Made by a program: the position numbers and the translations under genes. The notes below the pieces were generated by a model. That model saw only the letters and a program-made list of their open reading frames with translations, made no database searches and was not told the DNA's origin. A DNA stretch of 63,822 nt, counting the filler, from Octopus bimaculoides (lineage: Eukaryota), in assembly GCF_001194135.2 (NCBI RefSeq). It is 5 parts of 5 records of this genome, joined end to end, with 100 filler letters (N's around TTAATTAATTAA, not from the genome) between each part and the next. Parts side by side here need not be neighbours in the genome. Positions count along the whole stretch, not along the records: positions 24,430 to 52,494 come from NC_068989.1; 4 more parts are not named here. One strand, written 5' to 3'. Shown here piece by piece: positions 26,308-39,732 of this stretch (the stretch's first letter is position 1; every line of letters starts with the position of its first letter).

Positions 26308-29300
26308 CTATAAGAGAAACAATATTTTTCAAACTTACTGAACCCTCGAAGAACCGAATCTAAAGCCTGGTTTCTATTTTTACTTGAATCGAAATCCTTT
26401 CTAACGTCGCTGATGACCAAATATAAGTGTGTCAATATCTTTTTCTTTTATTACCTGAAAATTATATCGCATAGTACCTAATCAATCTGAATTAATATAG
26501 TGAAAATATATTGTCAAATTAGGACGAACGACGGAGAGCAAAATAGTACCATCCAGCTACCAGACAGCTAAGTAAAATTTTTATGCATGATGAAACAGTT
26601 CACAAATGCCTGAATTTGCAGTTCCCAATCCCTTATTTAAAATGAAGGGCCCTTGTGACTTGACAGAATAAAACCGTAATCTACTTTTATGAAGTATAAA
26701 ATAAGCTCCAAGATAACAGAGTCTAAGGCTCAGTTGTAACTGTTCCTTTTCACTTACATCACTAATGCTTTATGAAGGGGAAATCACAAATTCATAATCA
26801 GTAACTCCAAAAATATCAAGTTTTCTCTACCTAAAAAAAGCAATGGAATATAGCATCTGTAAAACCTTTCATAGACGCTATAGCAGAGACATAAACGCAT
26901 TAGTTCATTCATTATTGCATTGATTTATTTTGCAAGATATAAGATAGTTATATATTTTTTAAGAAGTGGAAATTGGACGCAGAAACCAACGTACCTATAT
27001 ATTATTGGCAGTGTAGAATATATGGAATGATTTTAACGAATTATGTCTTGCTGGTTAATAACCTCTTGCTTCACACCAGTCAATAGATTTAAAACAATGT
27101 TATCACACAGTTAGTATGCTAGGATATTACCCGCATAAAAACTGTATTATTTTAATGCTGAATGTAACAAGCGATAAAATTTTTGTTATGGCGGATGCTT
27201 CCTTAAAGTATAGTTAATTCCTGTTTAGTAAGAAAAGAGCCAAACATGTTGGGTTTGATGTAATGAAACTGAAAGATCACAGGGCTGGAACGATCTTCGA
27301 GGCGTAAATGAATGGCAGGTCTGCAACCCTTAACCTTCTGGAAGATGATATAAACTCCCTGACCGACAATATCAAGGAATCACTTCAGGAGATAGCTAGA
27401 AATGCTTGGGAGAAGGAAAACGAAACCATATGTCACTGATGACATTTTAGACCTATGTGATTTAAGACGAAACCTAAGAAAGACCAAGTTAACGGGTAAG
27501 GGAGGCAAGTCAGAAATATAATGTTTTGAATAGGAAGATTGGAAAGAAAATGAAGGAAGCCAAAGAAGAATGGATAGCAGAACAGTGTAAAGTCATCTAA
27601 TCTGGGATAAGGAAGGACTACGTCAAGGATGCTCATGAAACCCTCAAAATTCTAAAGAAACAAAGAAACACACCACAACTATCACTGAGGACAAAACAGA
27701 CCTGCTCCTCATGGATGAGAATGATTTCATCAAGAGATGGTTGGTATATTGCAAAGACTTTTACAATCACAAACTCAAACATAAAGGGCAACATCCCAGA
27801 AAATTACAACAACAGTAACAAAACTTTAGGACACTTCAATTCTTCAGGAAGAAATCGAAAAAGTAGTGTGCATGCTCAGGGATTGGAAATATCTAGGAGT
27901 GGATAGTATCCCATCAGAGATTCTAAAACATGGAGAGCCAAAGATTATCAATGCGCTAACAGTTACCTGTAAAAAGATATGGTAGACGAAGCAGTTACCA
28001 AAGGAATGGACCCAATCACTGATGATACTGATTCCCAAGAATGACAGCACAAGACTAGCAGAATTATAGAACAATCAGCCTAATTAGCTATCCTAACAAA
28101 TTATTGCTTAGAGTCCTGCTAAACAGACTTAGGGGGAAGGCAGGGAAAATCCTTGCAGAAAAACAGGCTGGGTTTAGGCCCAAAAGGAGTAACATCAAGC
28201 AGATATGTCACAGACTTCTCACTGAGAAACACCTGCAGCACCAACCTGACCTTTATTACAAACGCATTGATTTCAAAAAGGTCTTTTGCCGTGTTTGGCA
28301 CGATGAGGTGTGGCAGAAGATGAAGAATTACAATTTCGACAATAACCTTATCAAAGTAACCCAAGCACTACATGAAAACTCAAGCAGTGCAGTTTTCCTG
28401 AACAACATCGAAGAATTCTTCAAGACAACAATGGATGTTTGACAAAAGTGTCTCCTGTCTCGAGCGCTTTTCAACATCTTCCTGCAAGGGACAATTCAAG
28501 GCCTCCACCCTTCTGAGGGACAGCCCATTTCTGATCTGTGCTTTGCTAATGATATTGGCCTGATAGGAAGCAGTGAAGCAGAACGACTGGAGCTCACCAC
28601 TAGACTGAAAAAAGTATCGGGGGCATACGGGATGGAGATCAACGCCAAAAAGAGTAAGATCCTGGTTAATAATGACAATCAAAAGATAGAAACCAACATA
28701 GGGCTGAATAAGAAAGACTTGACGAAGTGTACACCGTCAAGTACTTAGGATCCACTTTGACCGAGAACGGCAGATCTCGATAAGAAATAAACAAAATTCA
28801 ATTTAGCCTCTGCTGCCTCGAAGAAGCTGAATACCATAGGGGAAAAAACAATTCCATTAGTCGCTGGTGACTTCGATCGTTTTGTATGGCTGATAGAGCT
28901 AGATTCTTACAGCTAATATCGAGCGATGAATCTAGGGATTTGAGTACAAGTGCCATAGATGGCTGCTACACATCTCGTGCACAGAACACAAAACGAATAG
29001 CTTCATCAAACAGCAAGTTCTCAAACACACTGGCAGACAGAAACCACTTCTTGCACAGATAAAAAGAAAGCTTACCTAGTACGGTCATGCATCTCGCCAC
29101 AATTCTCTGTCCAAAACCATTCTTCAAGGCACAGTTGAAGGAGGGTGAAAGAGAGGTAGGCAGGGAAAATCCTGGTTTGACAACATCAAGTACCAGACAG
29201 GTCACAACACTGTGAACCTGCTACACATGATAGAGAACAGAGATCAATAGCGATGACTGACTACAAAAGCGTCTAGAGTAGCACCCCAACGACTGGTTGC

Positions 29301-32300
29301 TTCAGTTTTAGGGATCGTGATGATGATGATGTTCAGTAAACGATAGAAACTCAAAGAAAATTCTATATATGTTGTAGATAATGAATTCTACGTTGAAGTT
29401 ATTTTCTGACTTACCAAATTTGGTTAATATGAGTGGGTTGATCACATATCACTGTACTGATATGATTAATGGTGTGCCGGTGAAAGATCGGTTCAAAAGA
29501 AACTGAAATTATAAAATGATATGATTCACTATGTGATCGAACTATAATACCAGTTAAAGGATTCAGTTCAATGAATTTAGCTGATTTAGCTAACTTAGAT
29601 TAATAACGGTTACCTGGATTCAAATGATTTTCGTTGCTTTTTTGTGAACACTGTGTCCTTCGGTTTAATCAACTTCTTTGTGATATTGAAATATCTTTTC
29701 CACTTTATATTTTCGCTTCTAAATGTGGTTCTCCGAACTAAAACAGTGCGGTGTATGAATTGCATTTTTTTAAGAGTACTAAATTTATCAATGCAGAGAA
29801 AATACTTCCATTATACGTTTAATGAAAATAGGGGGCTTGTAGAATCATTAGAGAGTTGGAAAAACTGATTTCTTGCATTCCGTCTGGCATTTTACTGCCG
29901 TTGCCAAATTTGCCTTTCATCCCAACAAGGCCGATAAAATAAACTACGAGCCAAATACCTGGGTCGATATTGCTGGCCTTATGACTAAATGAGAAACAAT
30001 TATAGGTTTAACATTTGTATGTTTTTATTTGTTCATCTTAATTATGATAATGCAATACGAGTTATAGATTTACGTAAGTCTTCACACATGCATGACGCTT
30101 CTCTTTTTGCTCCAGGCAAACTTACAGTTAGTTTGCATACCACAGCCATCGGTAGCAACGATCCAAAAATCAAATGCGGTGCAGGTTACTCGCCTAAATA
30201 GAACGCGTGGGCGTAACAGAAAATTCGAGCGGCTACTGTTTTCTTCCAGGTTTTGTTTTGTCATATTTTAAGAAACATCAAAGCCAGTTTCTGAAAGTTG
30301 TCGATCTGAATCTTGAAATACTGTTTCCCACATGGTCAACTGAAACTAGTTTGCTCAATAGTAGGCGGTGACAAAAACATACACCCAGTATTCTCTAATA
30401 TGACAAACGCTGGACACATTTCTTATTAAGAACTATTATACTCAAACCACATGAAATAGGTTTTATCTGAAATACACCTAGTTATTTCGATGATGTTAAT
30501 GTAAAGATAAAGAAATTTAAATTCAAGTATAGTAGATCGCTGAAAGTGAAGTGAAAACAGAATATTTTATTATCACAAGTGCACCTGTTGCTAGTTCAAA
30601 CTTAAATTAGTTTTAAGTTGAATTCCGGTAAATACGAAGCGTATACTCACTTATGTATTGGTCAGGATCCACTGGAACAGCATTACACAAAAGAGTTCGA
30701 TTCTGAAACGAGTCCAAGTGTGTAGATTAACCAAACTTTACAGCTGTGATCGATCAAATGTGTACTGATAACGAAATAAAAATCTTACCAGCTGTGATTT
30801 AAACTTAAAATTCGGAAATTATCAATCAAATATTCATGTTACTTTAATGTTTTAAAAATTTTAACAAGTCCATCACCACATGTATGTAAATGTGCTACAT
30901 TCATGTAATAAATGTGCTAAACCCATGCTGTAGATATGCTGCATTAATGTCCTAAAAGGAGAGGGAAGGCTACAGTGGGGAGAGACGGTACATACTTGTG
31001 TCACTCTCCAAATGCCTTCTACTATTATAAGACCATAAATGGGAGGTAGATTGTGGAACAGTCATCACTTTCTCGAAGAATACATTTCATAAACGAAGTG
31101 AAATATCAACAGCCAGGAAGGAAAAAAACTATGTCGGATTAGACTCTTATTCTTAGACAAGCGCTTACCGAGATATTTGCCAAGTACGCCCGCTCCTTGT
31201 TTTATCCAGCTTAGAGGAATGAAATCTGGATTTGAACTCAGGACATAAAAAAAAACATAACTTAATACGCAAGTGTTTTGTTGTGGAGCCCTCAACCAAT
31301 TTTGCCAACATTCAATAAAATGTAGAACAATACTTGAAAGAAAATTCTAAAGAATTTACTAAGTAGCCTAGTTTCAGCTGATAATTACATTGCTAACATA
31401 ATCCATGAGAAGTTTACTGTCGAATGCTGATTGAAAATTTACTTCATATTCATTGCTTTTTTTAAGAACATTAATTATTATATATTTATATATTTACTTT
31501 TATAATATATTTATTTATATTTACTATTATTATACATTTATATGTCGACTATCATTATATATTTATATGTCGACTATCATTATATATATATATATATATA
31601 TTTACTATTGTTATATTATATATTTATATATTTATACGAAGTTGTGCTGAAAAGTTCCTAGCTTTAAAGGTATCGTGAAGGCCTCGTTGGTGACCCACCC
31701 TTCTGAGTTCTTTATAAAAGATTAGAAAAACTGAAGGGCAGCTGCTATAAGTGTGTGTGTCTGAGAGGGGAACGTGTTAAATAAAAATCATAATTAACTG
31801 ATCCTCCCGTAATTTATTTTACTCAACTCCAGGGACTTTTACTATATTTACATTGATTATATATTTATATATTTATTACTATAGTATATTTTTTTATTAT
31901 CAGTTCTGTTACATCACCAGGGATTCCATTTATGGATTCATTTGCAATGAATTCTAACTTCTAATTTCCTGATAATGAATTCTATCTTAAGATATTTCTG
32001 TAAACATCGTTTCCTTTATTCATCCTTTTTCGTGTTATCATCTCAAAAAAACTTATGTCACAGTATATAGAGCAGCATAATACAGAATTAGTATTCAAAG
32101 TTTAGAAAATGAAGATCACCATTGAAGAGCAATATGTGAGTGATAAACGTGTATGAAACGAGCTGGAGTCATACCCGTAGATGTAGTTTGCCTAGGACAC
32201 ATGCTGACGATCCGAAAAATATTAAAGACAGCTTCAAAAATCTCATGGAAATCTTCAATGCAACATACAAGATGCCGGATGAAAACAAGTTAAAATTTCT

Positions 32301-32608
32301 GGAGTAAATACCATATTAAGACCTTCATACACAGAAACCAGTCGGAGATCAAGTTAAATAAATGATACATCATTTTATGATCACACTGCTAGCCGGCCAC
32401 AGTGTACTGGTGAGATGGATTTTTTTTGAACAGCACTATCAAACTTGCCTATTCATCAAATATCAACTGCACAATGTTGATCATGGCCCTCTAGCATGGC
32501 TGCAGCCCATTCACTGAAACACGCAAAAGTATAACAGAAGAATATACATATAAGAACTTACACCGTCCCAGACATAATTCGGTATGTTTATGTCAATTGT
32601 TTTGGTAT
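26213..32608 (-). CDS. Phm: PHM-like copper type II monooxygenase N-terminal subdomain (spliced: 32608-32562, 30702-30651, 29502-29415, 26307-26213)
   Basis: The joined exons read DTKTIDINIPNYVWDG-NRTLLCNAVPVDPDQYI-ISFEPIFHRHTINHISTVICDQPTHINQI-WECGQQNYVCGNGEYQILWAMSKDAPGWHLPK. This is colinear with remembered rat PHM (FALDIRMPGVTPKESDTYFC...FVIDFKPRASMDTVHHMLLFGCNMP...WFCDEGTC...ILYAWARNAPPTRLPKG). Canonical AG/GT sites and consistent phases 1-0-1-2-1. Family recognised, orthology not established. Confidence 0.85.
27230..29330 (+). mobile_element. RTE-clade LINE (linker, RT, 3' end, GAT tail), degenerate, antisense in an intron of the PHM-like gene
   Basis: NYRTISLISYPNKLLLRVLL, QAGFR, DFKKVFCRVWH, LCFANDIGL, YLGS; many stops and frameshifts; (GAT)n tail. 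Confidence 0.9.
29415..29502 (-). CDS. PHM-like exon A4 (88 nt, phase 1 to 2), CuH-ligand region
   Basis: ttttataatttcag acceptor, gtaagt donor; the only open frame is SFEPIFHRHTINHISTVICDQPTHINQI. Confidence 0.9.
30651..30702 (-). CDS. PHM-like exon A3 (52 nt, phase 0 to 1)
   Basis: ctcgtttcag acceptor, gtgagt donor; NRTLLCNAVPVDPDQYI. Confidence 0.85.
31633..31830. mobile_element. Mariner-type MITE remnant
   Basis: TA followed by cgaagttgtgctgaaaagttcc, a mariner-like terminus; the distal end cagggactttt is degenerate. Confidence 0.45.
32562..32608 (-). CDS. PHM-like exon A2 (47 nt, phase 1 to 0)
   Basis: cttttgcag acceptor, gtaagt donor; (D)TKTIDINIPNYVWDG aligns with the LDIRMPGVTP strand of PHM. 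Confidence 0.8.
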
Positions 32609-33306
32609 CTGCAAAAGTCGTCACAATACAACACAAACTCAACCACAGAAAAACGGCGCTGATCACCATTGTTATAGTCGGTAATTCTACTGATATTTTT
32701 TATTGTGCCAAATATTATGTATGTATTTATATATATCGGTCGGTCAAAATATTTCAAATCAAACCACAAAATAATATAAGGCGTGTTCACGTTATTAAGC
32801 TGCGTTCATATAATACTTGCTTACTGTTAATCAAATTATCATTTAAACGAATCAAATGCCTCCTCCATACATTCCTCTGTCACCTTATGCTGTTAAGCCT
32901 GCGAACAATAATTTATCAATATCTTAATTAAACACGTCCTAATACAAAGACAGACTTTTCTTTAAATCATATCTTTGTTTTGTTTTTTTTTGTTTTTTTT
33001 ATCTGAATATGCTTTTTGCAACGTTGAATAAATAGTTATGAACGTACACAAATAAAGAATTAAAATAACTATTCAGATCCATAACAAAACATTACGTAAA
33101 GCATTATGTAAAGCATGTGTCAGCCATTATATTTCACCATCATTACATTTGATTTCTAGTTTTGAAATTACTTGATATTGCAAATATGTTTACTTTAAAA
33201 TGTTTTATTTAAAAAGGAGAGAACGGCTTATTTTTCCGATTTTCTTCTATTCAAATTACTTAATTTTATTTAGCAATATCTTCGTAGTTAAACTTGTTTA
33301 CCTTTC

Positions 33307-34719
33307 AGATTCTTTTATCTAAATATCATCATCATCATTATTATCATTAATTGAAGCGGTTTAGAGGCGGTGAGGTAGCAGAACCGTTAGTACGCCGGGC
33401 AAAATGCTTAGCGGCATTTCTTAACGTTTTGAGTTCAAATTCCGCCGAGATTGATTTTTGCCTTCCATTCTTTTGGGGGTCAATAAAACAAATTTCAAGC
33501 CTTGTGCCTATAGTAGAAAGGATCATTAATTAAAGCGGCAAAGATGGTGAGCTGGAAAAAATCGCTACGGCACCATACAAAATGCTTAAAGGCATTTCTC
33601 CCGGTTCTTTATCTTCTGAGTTCAAATTTCACTGAGGTTGACTTTTCCTTTCATCCTTTCGGGTTCGAAAAACTAAGTAGCAGCTGAACACTGGGATCGA
33701 TGTAATCGACATCACCACTCTCTTAAATTTGAAATCATTACTACCATTAACTATGTTATCATTTTAATCCTTGTCCATGTGGCATAAAGCAATTTTACAT
33801 AGCATCATTTAAGTTTCCTGGTTCGCATCTTTTTTTTATATTCTGTTCAAATCCTAGCATAGCTAAACGCAAAATCTATGATCAGTAAATTCGTGTGCAA
33901 ATCATACATTTAAAATAATTTGGAAAAAAACGGATCTTATTTACAAGTTCTACTTGTCTTGCAGCTGACTTGATCTATGAACGAGTTGTGAAACCGAAGC
34001 AATTTCAATCTGGACGAGTCACTTAAAAATACCGTCTTCTCAAAAGCTATATTTCTTTATTGACTACACAAGGCCTAACATAGAGGAGACAAACAAGGGC
34101 AGACAAAACACAAGAGNNNNNNNNNNACGAAAAGAATGGTAATGATAAAGGAAAAGGTGGATCGACGTCAACTCGAAACTCCACACTCCAGATAACGTCA
34201 TTGAACATTTTTAGGAGTTTTTAAAGTTATTTCATTTTTGTCTCTTTGTCTTTGCTGTGTGTTACTTGTGTTGTATATTCAGTGTTCTTTTGTGGGGTAT
34301 CGTTTTCCTTTTTGCTGTCTGCGTTTGTAATACCGTTTGTCTGCGTTCGTGTTTGTTTTTGTGCATTCGTTTGATGAAAGGAAATGTCAACCTCAATTAA
34401 ATTTGAACTCAGAAGATAAAGAACCGGGAGAAATGCCTTTAAACATTTTGTATGGTGCCGTAACGATTCTTCCAGCTCACCATCTTTGCCGCTTTAATTA
34501 ATGATCCTTTCTACTATAGGCACAAGGCTTGAAATTTGTTTTATCGACCCCCGAAAGAATGGAAGGCAAAAATCAATCTCGGCGGAATTTGAACTCAAAA
34601 CGTTAAGAAATGCCGCTAAGCATTTTGCCCGGCGTATTAACGGTTCTGCTACCTCACCGCCTCAAACCGCTTCAATTAATGATAATAACGATGATGATGA
34701 CATTTAGATAAAAGAATCT
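33307..34719. repeat. Local inverted duplication, ~350-bp arms (33307-33655 and 34373-34719) containing two tandem S1 SINEs plus unique flank
   Basis: The arms are reverse complements with only scattered mismatches, including the non-SINE gattcttttatctaaat flank. Confidence 0.9.
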
Positions 34720-34729
34720 TTTTGCATTT

Positions 34730-35230
34730 GTTGGAAGAAGAGAACGAGAACTTTTTTCCTCTTCCTCCCTGCAACTGACCATTCTTCCTCACTTACCTCG
34801 GTAGATGTGGATGGTCCAGCTTCCTCCGGTGCACAGTCCTCGTTCTCCACTGTCTTCTCCGCCTCTTCCAGCTTCTTGTCCTCCTCACCTGGAACTTCCT
34901 CGTTCGGCTTCTCTTCTTGTTTCTTTGGTTCATCCTGTTTTTTTCCCCTTGTGCTTCAAGTTGAAGGGCCTAGAGGCACGTTTTCCTTATGTGCTCCTTC
35001 AGTCCGCACTCGAAACATCTTGGGATTCTGCCCTGGACCAAGACTCTCAGTTTTGTCTCATCCAGCAGAATTATAAATTCTGGAATTTTCTCGAATTCCG
35101 CTGGTGTGGCTTGAATTGTCGCTCGAAGACTCCCGCCACACCAGTTTTGCACTTCTTTCTCCTCGAATTCCAGCAGTGTCACCTCCTTGATATTAGAGCA
35201 AAATTTGTAAATCATAATTTTATTTGGGGA
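34730..35230 (-). mobile_element. LINE ORF1-like fragment with CCHC zinc knuckle (Tx1/L1-like)
   Basis: LRVLVQGRIPRCFECGLKEHIRKTC followed by an E/K-rich tail. Confidence 0.7.
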
Positions 35231-36211
35231 TTTTTTGAGATGTGACCGGTTTTTTTGTTTACGGTCTCTACGCTAACGTAGTAATCAATAAATCTGTCTA
35301 ATTTTCTTCGGTATATTTAATTTTATCACTTAGCTAATTAACTTTATTCTTTTGTAACTTGTTAACTATAATTTGAATGTATTCAAATGTTGATAATTTA
35401 TTCTCTATAACCTAGCAGGCTTGAATAACCTTATGAGGCTTTTTACTTATAAATACTAAATTAATATAAGGCTTTTTTAGATTATGTATACTTAAGTTGT
35501 TTATTGAGTATATTATATATAAGCATTACTTATTAGATATACTTCTATTTGACCAGGAACTTGTATTAAAAATGTATTTTTTAAATATCTAACTGTTTTT
35601 TTCTTCGGTCTGAATTTTGTATTTATGTTTATAACTCCAACGGTCCTTTTCGAAATGTACAGCGTTCCGTATTGGTTCATTACCGAACTTCATAGTCTAG
35701 CATCATAAATTTGAATCATTTGCTTGATATGTTCATGGTTTCAACAGCGTTATGATGTACGGTTGTATAACATCTCGTGTCTTTTCAACTTGTTTTTTTG
35801 CATGTTTTCATAGGTCAACTCTGAATGTTGTATATGAATGTTATCTATTTTTATTGTCTGCCTCCTACTAATAAGGCCCTGAGGAGATGCAGTATCCCAT
35901 ATTTTATAATATGCATGAATCAATCTGGATATTGCATCGAAATGATCATAGGTCATTATCATTATTATAATAAAGTATTTTCAATGGATCAGTTTTGAAC
36001 TCTCATTTAAATCGATATAAATACAAAAACTCACTTGTGAGTATTTTGCTACGTTTGTTAACAGATACAATATTTTTGCCTAATTTTGGTATAAAAATAT
36101 ATATAAATAAATACATATNNNNNNNNNNNNNNNNNNNNNNNNNNNNNNNNNNNNNNNNNNNNNNNNNNNNCATATACATACATACATATACATATACATA
36201 CATACATATAC

Positions 36212-36256
<45 letters not shown>

Positions 36257-36369
36257 CACGCATACATACATACATACATACATACACACATACATACATA
36301 CATATATAAGTATATATAAACATGTACATACATGCATACATTTACACACACATGCATGCATACACACAC

Positions 36370-36900
36370 ATAATATTGGAAATATGGAGAATGAAGAATT
36401 TGAACATTCAAACTAGGTTTATTTCTAGTTCGTTTATTCATTATAATAACCCTACATGTGTTTCGATCGCACTAACTGCATATTGTTGCGTATTCATATG
36501 CAGCGATTCATGCATTGTTAAAACGATCTCTTCAGGGCATATGGGTATGACATTATTTGAAGAGAATTTTTCCTCTGTTATTGCTTGAATTAGGCTTGGT
36601 AGTAGCAATAGAAAACCATGACTTCCTTCGATCAGATGTTTTTTTAATTGGTTATTTGGGTAGAATTCATCAGCAGTGATTGTTGAAGTTAGCAAGTGTT
36701 CTTGGTTAGGAGCGGAGGGGTCACTTAAAGAATACTTGTTTTGATTGATTCTACATACTTTATAGTCACATGGAATTTTTGATAGATTTTAGAGTTGATT
36801 ATAGCATTTAAACTTGTGATGGTTATTAATAGTAGCAGTGGATACTTACTAAGTAGCAAGAACCACGTGATTATCAAAAAGAAGTAACGAGTTATATTTT
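36370..36900 (-). pseudogene. Degenerate retroelement remnant, possibly Penelope endonuclease region
   Basis: Broken coding-like frames adjacent to the Penelope copy; motifs eroded. Confidence 0.3.
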
Positions 36901-37098
36901 AAATTCATCTTATTTTTTATTATTGTTTTATTGTGTTTTTAGGTTATATCATATAATCTTGTAAATTGAATTCTATTCTTATATTCTTTATCATTATAGT
37001 TGATATAATTATGTTTAGAGAAGAGAATTCTTTCACAGGAAACCCAGTGATGATAAGTGAAATGCTGAATGAACAGTTCAAAAGTGTCTTCATCTCAT

Positions 37099-37145
37099 CC
37101 TTACTCGCCTGGAGCCTGACAATTGCAGGCTCCAGGCGAGTAAGG
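37099..37145. repeat. Perfect 20-bp inverted repeat with 7-nt spacer
   Basis: ccttactcgcctggagcctg-acaattg-caggctccaggcgagtaagg. Confidence 0.95.
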
Positions 37146-37149
37146 TGAA

Positions 37150-38400
37150 GCCCTGTCGATTCAATGCTGGGGGATCATTTCAAAGGGCGCGAAATTTCCA
37201 CATAAAGCGGGACAAGGATGTGTTTCCCTGTCCTTACATCTGAGGTAAAGCACATCCTTGTACACTCTCCCTTGAAGATACTAGCCTTCATGCCCCTGTA
37301 TTGCCTCGTGGTGTCATCGTGAGGGTGACTCTGGAGTCTATAACCCTTGAGTGACAGGATCCTCCCATAGGGCTGCTGGTAGAGTCTCAGAAGTTGCAGG
37401 TTGGGCTGGAGGTTGTGAATGTCTGCTTGCATCTATTGTAGCCTGCGATATTAGATGCAATGTTGTGTAAACAAGCGTTGTTAGCCTTGCTATTGAATGG
37501 GTTAAAAAGCTCATAGTACTTGTGACTTCTGGGGAAATGCTTGCTTCTTGATCAACGACAGGAAGCTCCTAACTCTTTTGGTTGAAACTTCTAGGTTAAA
37601 TGGGTGGGGTTGAAATAGATTCGCTTTCTCTTTTTGGTTTTCTTTGGAATCGGGGTGGGGTTAGGTGGGGTGTCCTCCATATACGTCGAATTGTCGATGA
37701 ATCCGCTCCTCATTAACGACTCGTTGTAATGGGGGCGGCTCTATTGAATATCTCACTATCCGCTAAAAGTTTGGTGATTCTTCTTTGGTGCCTGAAACTA
37801 TGGTTCTAGTTACAGCGTGAGTGGTTGGGTCGAGTTTCAGTGGATATACACAGTTTCCTTACTGTGCTTCTTGTAAGAGTAGTACTTGCTCGTTTTCAGG
37901 TCTAGGGTTAGGCCCAGGTAGTTAACGGTTGTCAAATTAGTGGTAGCTGTTATGGATAAGCCGAAATTTTTCAAGATCTGTATCAAGTCCTTTCGCAACT
38001 TGTCCATAGCGTGGCCGTTCATATGGCTTGAGACTGCCAGGCTATCATCCCTATACAGGACTGAGCCATGAAGGTGAGTGCATTTTCTAAGGGTATCCAA
38101 AATAAATAACCCGACGAGGTCAGCGATCTCGGTCCCGTCGTAGCCCCCCGCTGGTATGTCGAGCAGTCGATCGCCTTGTTTCTTCACCCAGGTGGTATCA
38201 TCATGAACCAAGATTGGCCTCCTAACATTCATGTTGATTCTGACATTGAGGTCGCTTATATTGGTGAATTGCCTGACAAAATCTAAGGTCTTCGGGACTA
38301 GAGGCTTTGATATTAAATAGTAGAAATTCACGACGTTGAACTGAGGGAATTTGCAGACTGCTTCATTCTAGATGTCAGTCGATCACTGGAATCCCACTGG
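37150..38400 (-). mobile_element. Penelope-like element: RT plus linker/GIY-YIG region, degenerate
   Basis: DIPAGGYDGTEIADLVGLFIL, LYRDDSL, VNYLGLTLDL; downstream KHFPRSHKYYELFN and QYRGM segments. Confidence 0.85.
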
Positions 38401-38699
38401 ATCAACCCCCATGGCTCTTCTAACATTGGAGTTTATGGAGTCAATAATACACTTACTACAATGCCTATCTCCCTCCGAGAGGTGTTGATCAGCCTGCGAT
38501 TAGGGTTGGAGGGGAGGTCGAGCTATGTGAGAGATGGGGGGAATCTCGTGGTGAGGCGATCGACGTGATCTTCTATATAAAGATGGATGGCCCTTTCGTT
38601 TCAGTGTTTATGTCATTATATGTGAATGTGCTGGTTTTCCTGCGTGATTTGGAGATTATGTTTGTGAGGAGTCTTGCATACATGGATATATTTCTTTCA

Positions 38700-39470
38700 T
38701 ATATGTTCCTCTTTATTTTGTCTGCGAAGATATGTACAAGTTCAGGAGAAGTTAAGGAAAGACCTGATAAAGATCTTCAAAGCATTTGGCCTATTTATGA
38801 CAGTTATTACCAAGTTTTACATAACTTTTCTACTATGGGTTTTAAGATGACTACACAGGACTACTTGTTTTTTCGAAATTGTATAATGGATAAATGTGGT
38901 GAACGAAATTTGTTCGCTGACTTAAGCAGAAGAGACTGCACATTCGTGCAACCACTCAAAATGGATTTTCAAACCGGTGGTGGATGTGCAGACCTTTGTA
39001 CATAAAGGGCAATAGTGTTACAGGAGGCCGACAGAACTACATGCATATTAATGTTGTGCAATATGTTCTCAATAATGAATGTTAATATTCAAAGCTAGCT
39101 TTTGCTTGCAACTTCACGAAATCCCATTTTTGGCTGAGGGCCATTACTAAAAACTCTTTTGTCATAAAATAATTGTTTCTCAAACCTGAAATGTGGGCCC
39201 TTACAATATCATTCCAACTCATTTGATATTCAATAAAGCGACTTTTATCTTGAGGCAGATCAGTCTTTCCAGCATTCCTCTTTCAAGTCTCAATGATTTC
39301 TAACTAATGTCTTAAGCATTTCGTGGAAAGCTTCAAGTCTCTGTCTGACAAGAGCCATTTCTTGATTATTTCAAATTTAATTGAAGCTTTATTCACAACT
39401 TTTTTACCTGTATTTATTATTGTTGGAATAAACGTGTTAAAAGCGAAATGAACCTGTACAGGCGCCATTG
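38700..39470 (-). pseudogene. Degenerate coding-like segment, tentatively very-large-inducible-GTPase (GVIN/URG4-like) C-terminal region
   Basis: Broken frames VVNKASIKFENNQEMALVRQRLEAFHEMLK, SRFIEYQMSWNDIVRAHISGLRNNY and CPLCTKVCTSTT; similarity judged from memory only. Confidence 0.25.
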
Positions 39471-39732
39471 CAGTTTTGTGAAAAATCTATATTTACTTTT
39501 ATCACATTCTTGAGAGTTTACTCTCAGAAAATTTCATAAAATGAGACATTTTGAAATCTCAATGAAATGTTTCAGATTTAACACGGTCGCCATATTTGTA
39601 AATTTTTCCAGCTATTGGTTTTCAGGCTCATAGACAAATTTTGAACGAAAATAATACAATCAATTGCATCGACACAAGTATAAATATATTAATAAAATCT
39701 ATCTTCGACGTTGGTAGAATTTGAACTCAGAA

